From Tubulanus polymorphus (taxonomy: Eukaryota; Animalia; Nemertea), in NCBI RefSeq assembly GCF_964204645.1, contig NC_134027.1:26188560-26252559 (forward strand): a stretch of DNA of 64,000 nucleotides, given 5' to 3'. The notes beneath the pieces are model-generated. The model was given only the letters and a program-made list of their open reading frames with translations. It was not told where the DNA came from and made no database searches. How positions within the stretch are numbered: position 1 is the first letter of the stretch; every line of letters starts with the position of its first letter. Shown one piece after another: positions 25,682 to 47,696 of the stretch. A program made the position numbers and the translations under genes.

Positions 25682-25923
25682 TTGCCCCCAGATTTTTGAA
25701 CGGGGACAAGTTACAATTTTTGGGCCATCAAAGGTGGTCACGAATGAGTGTTATTTTTTGAATGGTCACAAACTGCTCCTTGGCTCCGACCAAAATACGG
25801 CTTGCCCCCAGATTTTTGAACGGGGACAAGTTTCAATTTTTGGGCCATCAAAGGTGGTCACGAATGAGTGTTATTTTTTGAATGGTCACAAACTGCTCCT
25901 TGGCTCCGACCAAAATACGGCTT
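25682..25923. repeat. 120-bp tandem duplication
   Basis: TTGCCCCCAGATTTTTGAACGGGGACAAG...CCAAAATACGGC occurs twice, near-identical. Confidence 0.92.
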
Positions 25924-27450
25924 AATGAACAATGAAACAACAATCATACGTAATAATTACCGTTGATATCCGGCGGTTACTGCTTCTTTTTGGATACATT
26001 TCCAGCTGAAAGATGTATTTTATTTTCATCTGTGCAATTTAAGAAACTGCTGTAAATACTGGTTCTGTAGCCTGACGACTTACAAAATTGTTGACGAGAG
26101 TCGAGATGCAGTCACATTCATTGCTGCTTCCTCTTTTTCTGCAGATTCTTAGACGGAGACCTATACTCTTCATTTTTTGAAGAAGAGTATAGAACTCATT
26201 AGAAAAGTGATATGTTTTGTAATCACTTTTATGGATTTTCAGATAGTGTATCACCATTCATAGATAGATATCCTTAATAGTTAGTTGAATCCTTTTCGAA
26301 AAGAGATAGGACACATTTTCTGAAATAAACTTTACAATTTATAGGTGTGGGACAAAGATTGACACGGAGAGACTATTGTTCTATTATTATATTCAGGATA
26401 TTCTATTGATGACAGTATATTTCTACCTGTGACTTATAATTCTATTCTAGACAGAATTTCAGGGGCTGCGAACTAATTATACTTATATCGGGAAATATTT
26501 TACCGATTTTGAAATTCGTAAAAAGTTTAAAACATGATATTCAACCAGATATAGTTATAGTTTTGGCAGGCTACCGCGACCTTCCTACTACATTGAGACT
26601 ACATGAATGCCACTTGCCGAGGGGTGCAAGCATATTTGAAATTCTGCTTGCCCCCTCCAAAAGCTACTGGCCCTTCACAGGTAGTCCGATTGCTGGCATT
26701 ATCATCCGTTGTATTGAGTGAGAAAAAAGCTTTGTGACATAAAATTGCACTAGCCCGGGGGACAAGTGATAATGATAACCGACTTGCCCTGATGAGAATA
26801 TACTTGTCCCGGGCAATCGGACAAGTGCTTAGATCGCACCCTGCTTTATACAAGATTAGGCCAATTCCTCTATTAATGGTTTGCATGTGAACGCGCTCTC
26901 TAATAAGCCACGGGCCCAAGCCTGATCGGTGCCAATTTGGCCCGGGCCAAATCTTCTCCGTGTGATCGCGGCTATAGTTACTGAACTATGGTCATGAACT
27001 AAACTTTGCTTATCAAACCAGGGCCATAAAACTGACCCACCTTTAATGAGGGCCATGAGCCAAATTCATACTCATGTTATCAAACCAAAGCCATGAGCTT
27101 TATTTACCGTGCGTGGTCACCCAATCAGAACCATAGACCGAACTTTAACTCTTTGCTCACCAAAACAGGGCCATGAATGAAAAGTTGTACAAGTTATTTC
27201 TGTTGTCTTCACAACTCTGTATTTGAGAATGAAATGATTTATGTTGAACTAATGACGTAGTTAATGAAAGATTCATCTGTATCAGTGTTGCTGCTGGTGC
27301 TGCTGCAACTAACACAACTTTTTGCTGTTGGTCTCTTAAAGATTAAACTTGATCCCAGTCGGAACTGATGAGAGTTCTAGTGAGACGACAAATAAGGAAA
27401 AGCCATATGAAAAGAAAAAGTATCAAGCAAACTGATATAAATGCTGATAC

Positions 27451-27641
27451 AAAGAGTGGGGTCCGAGAGCAATTCGAAGGTTTAGTGTCCTGCACGCTTA
27501 GCGAGCGGGCAGGGGTCTATTCCTACCTCGACTCAAAAAAGAAAATGAAATATAAAGAGTGGGGTCCGAGAGCAATTCGAAGGTTTAGTGTCCTGCACGC
27601 TTAGAGGGCGGGCAGGGGTCTAATACCTACCTCGACTCAAA
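27451..27641. repeat. About 86-bp direct repeat, two copies
   Basis: AAAGAGTGGGGTCCGAGAGCAATTCG...TACCTCGACTCAAA at about 27451 and 27554. Confidence 0.9.
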
Positions 27642-28289
27642 TGCTAAAAGTGAGAGAAAAGAGTAAAAACGAAAAATGGCAAATGAAGGAAAATGGCTGT
27701 TTGAGTTTGATTTGTTCCACTGGGTTCAAGTGTTAACTTGAAAAGACAATCAAATTACAGTCAAACGGATTATTCATGACGTATATATTTTGTAAACATC
27801 AGCAGTTCATAATCAATGATCCATAAATCTTATGAAAAGGTTCCATAAGACAACTTGCTTATATAAAACCTCTAGTATAGAGTATAGAAATATCTGATCT
27901 AACTATCAACTGTCATTGGTCCACAAGGGTTTCATATTCATAATAAGAGTGACGATGTGAATTCGTGAAGCAACATAAATACAGTTAATTGATTAATTTT
28001 GATCTCCGACAGCCATCTCCGACAGCCATCATTCATGTCCTTGGTTTGTGTTTGCCCTTCTCACAACATTTTGTGAGTTTGGAGGTTTGGTTCGGGCTTA
28101 TTTCCTTGGTTCGGGTGAACCCTCCGTATACCTCCCCCTCCCTTACAACATTGTTGATTAAGTTCGTTCAGTGCAATTGATTGAGGATTTCAATTTATAT
28201 ATGATCGTGAAAAATGGCCAATCGTTTTGTAGTTATTGTACAGATGAGCGGTGTCTGAGGAGGAGACAAGAGAGTTGAGGAGGCATGAT

Positions 28290-28692
28290 GGGAGGGCTAG
28301 TTGGGAGGGCATTGAGGGAGGGCTAGGCGGGATGGGGTGCGAGAGGATGGGAGGGAAGGGGCGTGGGAGGGCATTGAGGGATGGAGGGCGGGAGGGAAGG
28401 GGTGCGGGAGGGAAGGGGCGAGGGAGGGCGGGAGGGAAGGGGTGAGGGAGGTCGGGAGGGAAGGGGCGAGGGAGGGCGGGAGGGAAGGGGCGAGGGAGGG
28501 CGGGAGGGAAGGGGCGAGGGAGGGCGGGAGGGAGGGCGGGAGGGAAGGGGCGAGGGAGGGCGGGAGGGAAGGGGCGAGGGAGGGCGGGAGGGAAGGGGCG
28601 AGGGAGGGCGGGAGGGAAGGGGCGAGGGAGGGCGGGAGGGAAGGGGCGAGGGAGGGCGGGAGGGATGGGGTCTGGGAGGGTCGGGTCGGGAG
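28290..28692 (+). repeat. G-rich 24-bp minisatellite (G-quadruplex-prone)
   Basis: GGGAGGGCGGGAGGGAAGGGGCGA, roughly 11 units plus degenerate flanks. Confidence 0.92.
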
Positions 28693-28699
28693 GTTAGGT

Positions 28700-35340
<6,641 letters not shown>

Positions 35341-37332
35341 TATTATAGTGCTGGGCGACACGGGATGGTGACTGTTGTTCTGTTTGTGATGGTTTCATGG
35401 ACTGTGTATCACATATCCATAAAAACAATAGAGTTATCTCCTGATTTGTCTCTCAAAGCTGTTACGTAATTTTTGCTTATAAAGCCAGACTCGGGCATAG
35501 AATAATGATTTAAACCTCGCTATATGCAAATTTAAAAGATTCAGAATCAAAGTAGTGAAAGCAAATGAAGAAATAACTAGAACAACCTATGCCTAAAATA
35601 ACAAAACCTCTCAAGCACTTAACACCCTCTAGCTTTACTTTTCTCAATTAACTTGTTTTTCCCCTCTCTATTTTTCCCTGTTTTAGTTATTTCTTCAGAC
35701 TTGACGATGGTCTCTAGAGAGACTCCTTAATATTGTGTCTTCTAATCCTTTTAAATTTGTGTAAAGTGGGTTTTAATTTTTACTGAAAATTAATTAGTTT
35801 AATTTTAGAGTGAATATAGCTGCAAAGCAGCGATAATGGGTTTTCTGAGGGCATGAGATAATTTACGCTCTCCATGTTACTGCATTAGTTTGTTTGTTAT
35901 TGTTTGTACCTCTGGACATTGGTCTGGTTTTGTATACACATGATACATGTATAATGTAAATGGACATATTTTAAGTCACTCAATCAATGAAACCAAAACT
36001 TGAATTTGTAAATGTATGAACTTGTGTGATATTGTAAATGGACATATTCTGTTAAATAGACATATTTTGTATGACTGTAAAGTCCCACAATCAATGAAAC
36101 CAAGAAGTTGAAATATCGACAGGTTTTCTTTATTATGGGACAATAATATTTCGTGCGAACTGACGTTACTGTTTTATTTGAAATAAAGATGAATTTTCTG
36201 TGTTGTTCTAGTTATGAATACAGACGCCAGCAGTTTCACACACTCACGTGCGTCCCACTGGTTCAGTTTCATAGAAATAATTTACTCGATTGAGTAAAGT
36301 CTTTTAAGAAATTGAGCCATGGGTCCAGGTTCACAAACCAATTACGTTCAAAAAAGTCTCAAAGTGAAGTTTTATGAAATTAAGCCGCGGGTCCATTCGA
36401 CATGGAATTGTTGAATTGCAGTTCACCCTATGTACCGGCTATGTGAAACGGATCACGTGGACCCGGTTTCAGGAACATACTTTAACTCTAAAATTGATTC
36501 ATCCTTCGTGAAACTGGACTCGAACTGAATTAAATTCCGTACTAACTCGCTATTTAGTGTGCGAAACTGCAGCTTCTCAAACTGGTTGAAACCCTTTCGC
36601 ATAAAAAAGCAAATCCTACCTAGGGTGATGCCTAGGGTACGGTTTCACAGATATGATAAACTTAAAAAGCAGATAATGAAGAAATTAATCTACTTGTCCT
36701 TTTGTGAGACTCGACCCCAGTAGTCGCTTAAACACATTTATTTCTTCACGAATTTAGTGAAATAGTTGATCGTGTTCGTGAAACTGTGGTCCCTGGTGTT
36801 CGGCACATTAAATTGTTCATTTTAGTCCTTGCGAAGTTATACTTGCCCTGGCATGCGAGGGTTCATTGATTCTTACCCTGGGTGGCGACGGTTTCAATTC
36901 AATGCTTTACCACACCATTTATTTTCTCAGGTTGGTGCGTTTCTTATGAAAGCTTTGAAACAATTGTTACCTAGGCTTGAAAACAATGCAGAATAAATAA
37001 ACAATTTTACTCTTTCGTGCGTTATTTAAACATTTTTCGAAAAAAAGCCAGATTATGTCTACTCGGGGATCAAAACCGGTGCACCCCTGGATCATCTTCT
37101 ATTCAGCATCGGGACCACTCTAAAATCAGAAGCCGTAATTTCTGGGATCGAACCCGGTACATTCGCCTAGTTTATCAATAATGCTATGATCACCATCTAT
37201 TGGAATTTGGCTGAACTGACGAGACAGCTCTTACTTGCCTCATTGACTTTTCTTTTATCCGGTAAAATCACACTCGCCATCTGGTGGATATAACCATCAT
37301 TAGACTAGTTACATAGGAATCCCCCAGCTGGC

Positions 37333-37430
37333 CATCCTCGCTTGCCAGGGGTCCGGTATCACTCCCGAACTCTCCACCAGCGGGAACAGCTTTAGCGTAG
37401 TGGGTTCGAATCCCTTGACGGGTGAAGATG
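37333..37430. mobile_element. 98-bp minimal copy of the 47934-50070 family
   Basis: Same two ends (CATCCTCGCTTGCCAGGGG ... CCCTTGACGGGTGAAGATG) joined directly. Perfect 9-bp TSD CCAGCTGGC at 37324-37332 and 37431-37439. Confidence 0.88.
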
Positions 37431-37492
37431 CCAGCTGGCGAGTGCGGTTTCAGCACATTAAGTCGTATGAGCCTTGAGGGATTCCATAGATT

Positions 37493-38535
37493 CGTGCCAC
37501 AAGGCTCGGTACTTGGACCTACATTGTTTTTGATCTACATCAATGATTTGGGAAATGATACCCAATGCGTAGTACGTCTGTTTGCTGATGACACGATACT
37601 GTACGAACAAATTAAAACTCTGTCAGACACTGAACGCCTCCAAGACGACCTCACCAAACTGGGTGAATGGGAGAAACAATGGCAAATGGGGTTCAATGTC
37701 AAGAAATGCCATTCCATCACCATTACACAGCGCAAGAAACCAATTGTAGCCACGTACCATCTGCACGGTCAACCCCTAGACCAAGTTGACAAGGCTAAAT
37801 ACCTTGGGCTAGTATTCAACAAGAACTTAACCTGGGGTGATCACATACAAGCAATAGCAGCAAAAGCCAACAGAGCGAGTGCCTTCGTCTACAGGAACCT
37901 GAAAGGCTGCCCAACTCAAGCTCACATTCAGTGTTACAAGACGCTCACTCGACCCATCGTTGAATATGCCTCTACAGTCTGGAGCCCATACCAAACAAAG
38001 CTCATCAACGAACTTGAGATGACTCAACGTCGTGCTGCCAGAAGAATCAATCGTGATTTCAGTCGTTCTTCAAGCGCCACAGAATTAGTCCAACGCCTCG
38101 ATCTTGAATCTCTTCAGACTCGCAGAAATGTCAACAAGGCCACGATGATGTACAAAATCATCAACGGACCTATCGACATTAAGGTGGACGACAGCATCAT
38201 CACACCAGCAAGACGAGGCACAAGAGTAGCACATAGACTGATGGTACATCATACGAGGACCAACGTGAAGCTTCACTCCTTTTTCCCGTCAACTATCCGT
38301 CTATGGAATAGTGTACCAGAAGAGATATGTGCTGCGTCCTCAGCAGATGCATTCAAAGCTGCGCTCCTCCGGGAGTGGAGCTCCAAATAGATGCCTACAC
38401 AACCTACACCGTTTTAACTGTACATATTTGAATTTTAACCTAACTGATATCCAGTCCGAGCATCGCTGTCAAACGCTGTGGGACAATACCCAACTATGGG
38501 TCCTCCACATTATTCTAAAGAAGAAGAAGAAGAAG
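37493..38535 (+). mobile_element. 5'-truncated non-LTR retrotransposon (CR1/L2-group LINE): RT C-terminal half, 3'UTR stem-loop, (AAG)n tail
   Basis: Uninterrupted ORF from VPQGSVLGPTLFLIYINDL...RLFADD...WQMGFNVKKC to SFFPSTIRLWNSVP (stop at 38390). Hairpin TGTGG..ACCCA-ACTA-TGGGT..CCACA at about 38477-38509. AAG repeats at 38518-38535. Confidence 0.93.
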
Positions 38536-38655
38536 ATTCCCAAATTCAATAAAGTTACAAACCAATCAAATCACGAGTCAGCCCCGGTAATCGAGGGTTC
38601 AATTCAATTGAATTTATTCGTCACAAACGAACCCCGGTAAGCGAGTTGTTTCAAG

Positions 38656-41903
<3,248 letters not shown>

Positions 41904-43277
41904 ATTGACATTTACTAGTGGCGTAGTTTGATCGATAAATTATTGTACATAACAAGCTTTTCATCAGAAATATGTTAGATACGTCTGAAGTTTGGAGCTC
42001 GATTCGTTGATTAATGCAAACTGTGTGTCTGATTATCAGTTGTAATTGATGCTCGGATAGAATAAATACATTATGTTGTGTTTTGAAAAATAGATTTCTA
42101 GTTGTTTATTTTCTTATCTGAAAATATGTGGATTGACCTAGTTATTTATTTGATCGGTAGATTTCGTTTGATTGGTTTTCGATTTGATGGCCCATATACA
42201 AACCCACCAGTCTCACTTGCCCGAACGAAACCGGGTCTGATTTTGAAATTGGAAATCGAAGTACCATCCAGGAAACGGTTTTTGAGGAAAATCATTGGTA
42301 ACTCACTGGTAAACCCCCATTTGGCTGATAGTGCCCTTTTTCTGAGATGTACTTATTTGATTTAAACCCTTATACATCTTTTTACCTCGGGCACACTTTC
42401 CACGAAAGAGCACTTTCATTTTCCATGCATAAGAACCAGGAAGCGCCCTTTTATATCAGATAACCCCTACTCTCTAAATCCTGCCTGTGGATGACCCGGG
42501 GTTTTAAAATTAAACAAAAACCCTGGCAAGCTAGGATGATATACGATGCTGTGCACATAGTACATTCAACCGCACGAGATCATAGTTCATTAGACGTAAT
42601 ATTATGGACAAAGGGACGGAGATCTAATGCTGAGCGCTTTACAAGAAACGACTGTAAAACAAACGCCATTCTAACGCCTTATTATCATTCGCGATTAAAA
42701 CATGATTACGATCATTAGACGGTTTTAAAACCTAGCGTCAGATTGCGATTTCGTTAAACCCACACCAGCTGTTGATATCGACGAAGATTTTCGGCTTTCT
42801 TTGATTCGGGAAGACGACACTCGACGCTGTGGCAAGCGAGTTTCGCGAATATATCATACACGCACGTCTACTACACGCCGCGTGTAGACTCCGATGCTGT
42901 GTATAGAAGGTCGATTTTGTCGCCGTATCTAACATTGTTGTCTGATGGTGTCTAGTAGATGTGAGCCGAGGAGGCAGTTGTAGCAAAATCTTAGGAATCA
43001 TCGGATTTATCTGTGCTCAATCTTTGAAGGGATATTTAAGGCAAATAAGAGGGTAAAGGTGAGAGAGGAGATGATTATATGTGTTTTAATTTTTAGAAAC
43101 CCGATTCAGGTTGATTCACAATTCGTCGTTAATTAATTTAATTAGAATTAATTTACATAAGTTCTCTTCTTATCGATAAAAATGTGATTTTGCGGTTAAA
43201 TCTTTACAGCTATTTGTACGACATGTATTTTTAACAGCGGGAATCGCGAACGATCAGTCGCTTTCAATAGGAGGAAA

Positions 43278-46200
43278 ATGAAGGTAATTAATGTGTGCAT
43301 TTCGTTGACGGCGGTCATTTTCTTTGTGCATTGAATTGGCCATTTTGTATATAGCGTGAAGAATCGCGTTGCAAGTTTCGAGTTAGTAAAAATATATATG
43401 TAAAACCAAAAATTCATGAATTTTGATAAAACATATAGAATATATTCGACGATCATAGTACTTTGACATTTTGATCGACCTTTTGCACCTGAACCATTCC
43501 CATCGATAAGGGTTTGGATCAGGTCAAATTTCATTAGAATCCGATGACGAAGTCCATATTTCTCATCTGAGTACACAAATAAACATTTTCTCTGACTTAA
43601 ACGTTATTTAGTATGAATCGATTATTTTCTACAGCGCGATATCGAGGAGGAGTCTGTGGATATATCGGGAAGATGGTTAGTGGTGCTGGCTTGTTTTATA
43701 GGTATCGTTATTGCCGGCGGAATCGCCTTCACCTGTAGCATATATTACGTTGAATGGCTGGATACATTTGGGGGCAGTTACGCAACTACAGCCATCATTG
43801 CCTCATTAAACATGGGAATATTAGCTATATCAGGTAAGCAATATATATCTACGAGACATCTGCTCTGTTTACAGTTTAGTCCACTATTTGTCCACTCACT
43901 TCCTGGAAAGGGTCAGGCAGTAAGAGTACATTTAGCTGCGGCCGTTTGAAGCATGGACTCTAGAGACCTGATTGAAGTGATAATAGATGACATGAGTCAT
44001 ACCACGAGCACGCTCGTTAGAACCAGTTTACCTCGAAACTTGCCGAAACTCTAATTTTTAAGACTTATAAATGGCAACTTTCGTTAATGTCGATGAGTTT
44101 GATATCCTTTTAAATCTGCTCCTATTGTATAACCGTCACTCCACGGCTGTGCAAAAATAACCTCGGCCACCTGGCCTTCCAGGTTGATCTACAATCTTGT
44201 TGTGTAAGGTAACACAGATTTTTGGTACAGTTATTATTCCTAGAACGATGTCTAGCGTATATTAAAAATAGCAAAAGAAATCAGGTGGAATTCCGCGTAG
44301 TAACATCAACCCAGACTAATTAATTGAATAGGATCATGTTTATGCTACTTTCCCGTAAAGAGAACAGGGAGTTAAGAAGAGAGCACACACCGGGACCCAG
44401 TTCCACAGTTCTGAGTTACAGTTAACTCTGAGTTAAAATTAGTTCATTTTCGATGTTTTAACTCAGGGTAAAATCTTAACTCACGACTGTGGAACTGGGT
44501 GATTCATGATACACTATATTTACTAATCCCTTGAGGTCATTCACTGAACCGGGGTGGAGGAGACGTCTTGTTTTCGTGGCGACCTTTTCTTTAAACAGGA
44601 ACTGAATCTAGTTACGTGTTATAAGAATGAGCCGAAAATTAATTAATCATTTTATTATGCATTTATTTATTAGTAGAATACGCTCCATCGCCCCAATCTA
44701 AAAAGAAAACAAACTTGAAAGTTTATTGACGTTTGAAAAATGCTATTATATCTATTGATAACGTGGTGCACATCGATCAACGCACTACCCTTTAAATAAC
44801 CTGTTATCAAAATACCTATAGAAATGTTTTTGTACCATGTTTATGGGGTCAAAGCCGGATATAGTACAACACGTACGTTGTGCACCAATTTTCGTCTATT
44901 TGTTGTCTTATGAATTAGACTAATTATTTTTTCTAGGTCCAATTTCGAGTTTACTGTCGAATTTGATAGGATTTAGATGGACGATATTTATCGGTGGATT
45001 GATGTCGTTTTGTGGACTCGTCGGTTCTGTATTCGCTAGTAATATGTATGTGTTAATGGGTACGTTTGGAGTGATCACAGGTACGTGAGTAATAAACCAT
45101 ATCATTGTCTCGCCCGATTTTAAGGCTAGACAAATTGATACCTTGTTTCTCATTTCTGCTGACCTTAAAGTTGACCCGGTCGGCCGGCTATCTACTATGT
45201 GCATTACTTAAATAAATAAACAATCTTAAAATCATGATCCGGAATCAATCTGAATACTCCAAGCTATAACAGACCCGACAGCTGTAGGAATGAATTGATT
45301 AAGGATTTCATCGCCGTTTACACTGTGACCCGGCCGATTAGGGAAAACAATGTATCATTTTTGTTAAGCCTGAGATGCTCTAACGATAGTTCAATTTCAA
45401 GTCTTTACTCATTTTTATTGTACTTTTTAGGTATGGGTTTTGGTTTGACCGCTGTCCCATTCTCCGTAGCACCGGCCGCCTATTATCGGGACAATCAAGC
45501 GTTAGTGACCGGACTTGGACTTTCGGGACTCGGGTTCGGGTCGTTCGTTATGCCTTTGATAATCGAGTATACGTTAGAACTATATTTCTGGCGCGGGAGT
45601 ATGTTAATACTCGCCGGAATATCGTTAAATATATGCATCGTTGGAGCGTTGATTCCTCCGAAACAACCGTCTTTAAACGTGCCGATGAAACCAGAGCCGG
45701 GCCAAGAGATGCCCACCGCCGAAACCATGATTCTGCGATCTAAACCGATGTGGCTCTTCATGGTTCACGGAACTCTATTTTCCATGGGAATATCTGTGAT
45801 GTTTGTACATATAACCGCTTTCGTAGAATATCAAACCCACGTAACCAAATATATGGCTAGCATGTTATTGATGGGTTACGGGGTGGCCGTATTCGTGGGC
45901 CGTATTGGCCACGGTTTGATCGCCCAAATCAAATACGTTCATATCCAAACACAGCATTTAATAGGTTACGCGCTCGCCGGGTTTTGTATCTTGCTGATGA
46001 CGTCGACTACGTCATATCCGGCTATGGTATTTTTAGCTTGCAGCGTCGCGTTCTGCAGCGCTTGCTACGCCAGTCTCTCGACTCCTATTCTGTCCGAAAT
46101 CATAGGACATCATAAACTCACCAGCGGTTACGGGTACTTGAATTTAGCATTCGGTCTCGGACTGGTGTCGGGAGCCCCGATCGCCGGGCGAATTTACGAC

Positions 46201-46404
46201 GCGAGTCGTAATTATCACTATTCGATGTATTTTTCCGGTTTCGTCATTTTGTTGTCGGTTTTTGTGATGATTCCCGTTTGTATGAAAAGCCTTAATCTCC
46301 ACCGGAAACCGGCGCTGCCGTTACGCGTAATGCTAGAACAACAACACGAATCCGGTGAAGCATTTACAAAAATTCTGAATGCAAATCATCACAATTGTGA
46401 TTAA
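43278..46404 (+). CDS. Monocarboxylate transporter (SLC16/MFS family); orthologue not assignable
   Basis: Exons 43278-43283 (ATG AAG|gtaatt, inferred start), 43635-43833, 44937-45080 and 45431-46404. Motifs GRWLVVLACF, GPISSLLSNLIGFRW, YFWRGSMLILAGISLNICIVGALI and GAPIAGRIYD are typical of SLC16. Confidence 0.88.
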
Positions 46405-46430
46405 GTGTAGTTGAATAGATTTCAGCAGTA

Positions 46431-46543
46431 AAACTCGGTTAAGTTGCCGAAGTTGAGACGATCATTATGTCGACGACTTATCCAAATGACGACTTAAACT
46501 TATAATCAAAAATAACGATGACTTCGGTAACTTAACCGAGTTT
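46431..46543. mobile_element. Small TIR element just after the SLC16 stop codon
   Basis: AAACTCGGTTAAGTTGCCGAAGT / ACTTCGGTAACTTAACCGAGTTT. Confidence 0.6.
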
Positions 46544-47696
46544 GTACGTGGTATAGTCTTTTAAAAGCCTGCGTTGTATAAGTTTTATATTAAAGCTATA
46601 TCTATTATTTTGAATATCGGCTTATATTACTTATATATCTGTGATACCGCTTTTATCGAAGAATCAAAATATATCCAATAACAATCCAATAAATCATCAC
46701 TTCATAAAGATGGAATGTTGTTATTAAATTCATTTTTGGAATCGTGTTGCGGACTTATTCACGGTGAAACGACCGTCGTTACTATCGTTCCATATTTAAC
46801 GGGATATCGCAAATACTTCTGGCTATGCGCAGCTGCTTAAAGTTTCGATGTGTCTGAAAAATGTGTCAAGGATCATTGAGATATTTGTCATTAATATCTA
46901 CACGATGCCAGTATCTACGTGTTCCCTATTTTGAACGATAACGATTTTTTATGCGTTGACACATTTTAACAATACACGTAAAACGTTTTTATGTTTTTCA
47001 TGACGTGTATGACGTCACAGGGTGTCGTATTGGCGGCTTCTACATGTGACCAACACAATTATCATTTGAAAGTTCTTTATGTAGGTTAACTTGATTTAAT
47101 TAAAAATACGAGATTTTGCTTTTAGTGCTGCGACGTAGTTACTTCATCAGGTAATGAGGAGAACAGTATTGGAAGAGTGACACTAATTAGAGAATTAGCG
47201 AGCAGGATGAGACCTTGTTACCATTGTTGACTTATTCGATTAAGAGTAATTAACAGTGACATTAAGTAATTACGGTATGTCATATAAATACCAGGTTAAC
47301 CCGACTCCACTAAAACTGTTGATAATCATTTGAAAATGCAACTATCTATCAAGGATCCACTTCCATATACTCCGTGTATTGGCATACGACATCAAGTATT
47401 TACATGTTCATGCACAAGTCATCTTTGGTCTTAAACTTTCTACATGTAATTGTTTTCTGTTGTTTATTTACTTCGTAAAGAAAAAGAGTTATCGTGGCCA
47501 CAAAAATCCATTTCAATCGAACGAGAAGATTATTTCCAAAAAAACTCGAGGTTTATTCCAATGTTGGTTTATCTCGGATAAGTGGATGAGGGTAGAGGAG
47601 TGTGGGGACTGTTGGGGTTCGTTGAAAGAGGGCGAAGGGGTCTCCGAGCAGCTGTAGGTGTTAGTAGTTGAAGACTCAAAGGCGGCAGAATCAACT

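Noticed and set aside
37385-37415. tRNA gene (GGGTTCGAATCCC; also near 50043, 23247, 39102 and 60760)
   Set aside because: Only T-loop/B-box motifs are present; no acceptor stem or cloverleaf.
42480-42538. Further copy of the CATCCTCGCTTGCCAGGG end (reverse orientation)
   Set aside because: It resembles the family end, but I found no partner end or TSD, so it is not called as an element.
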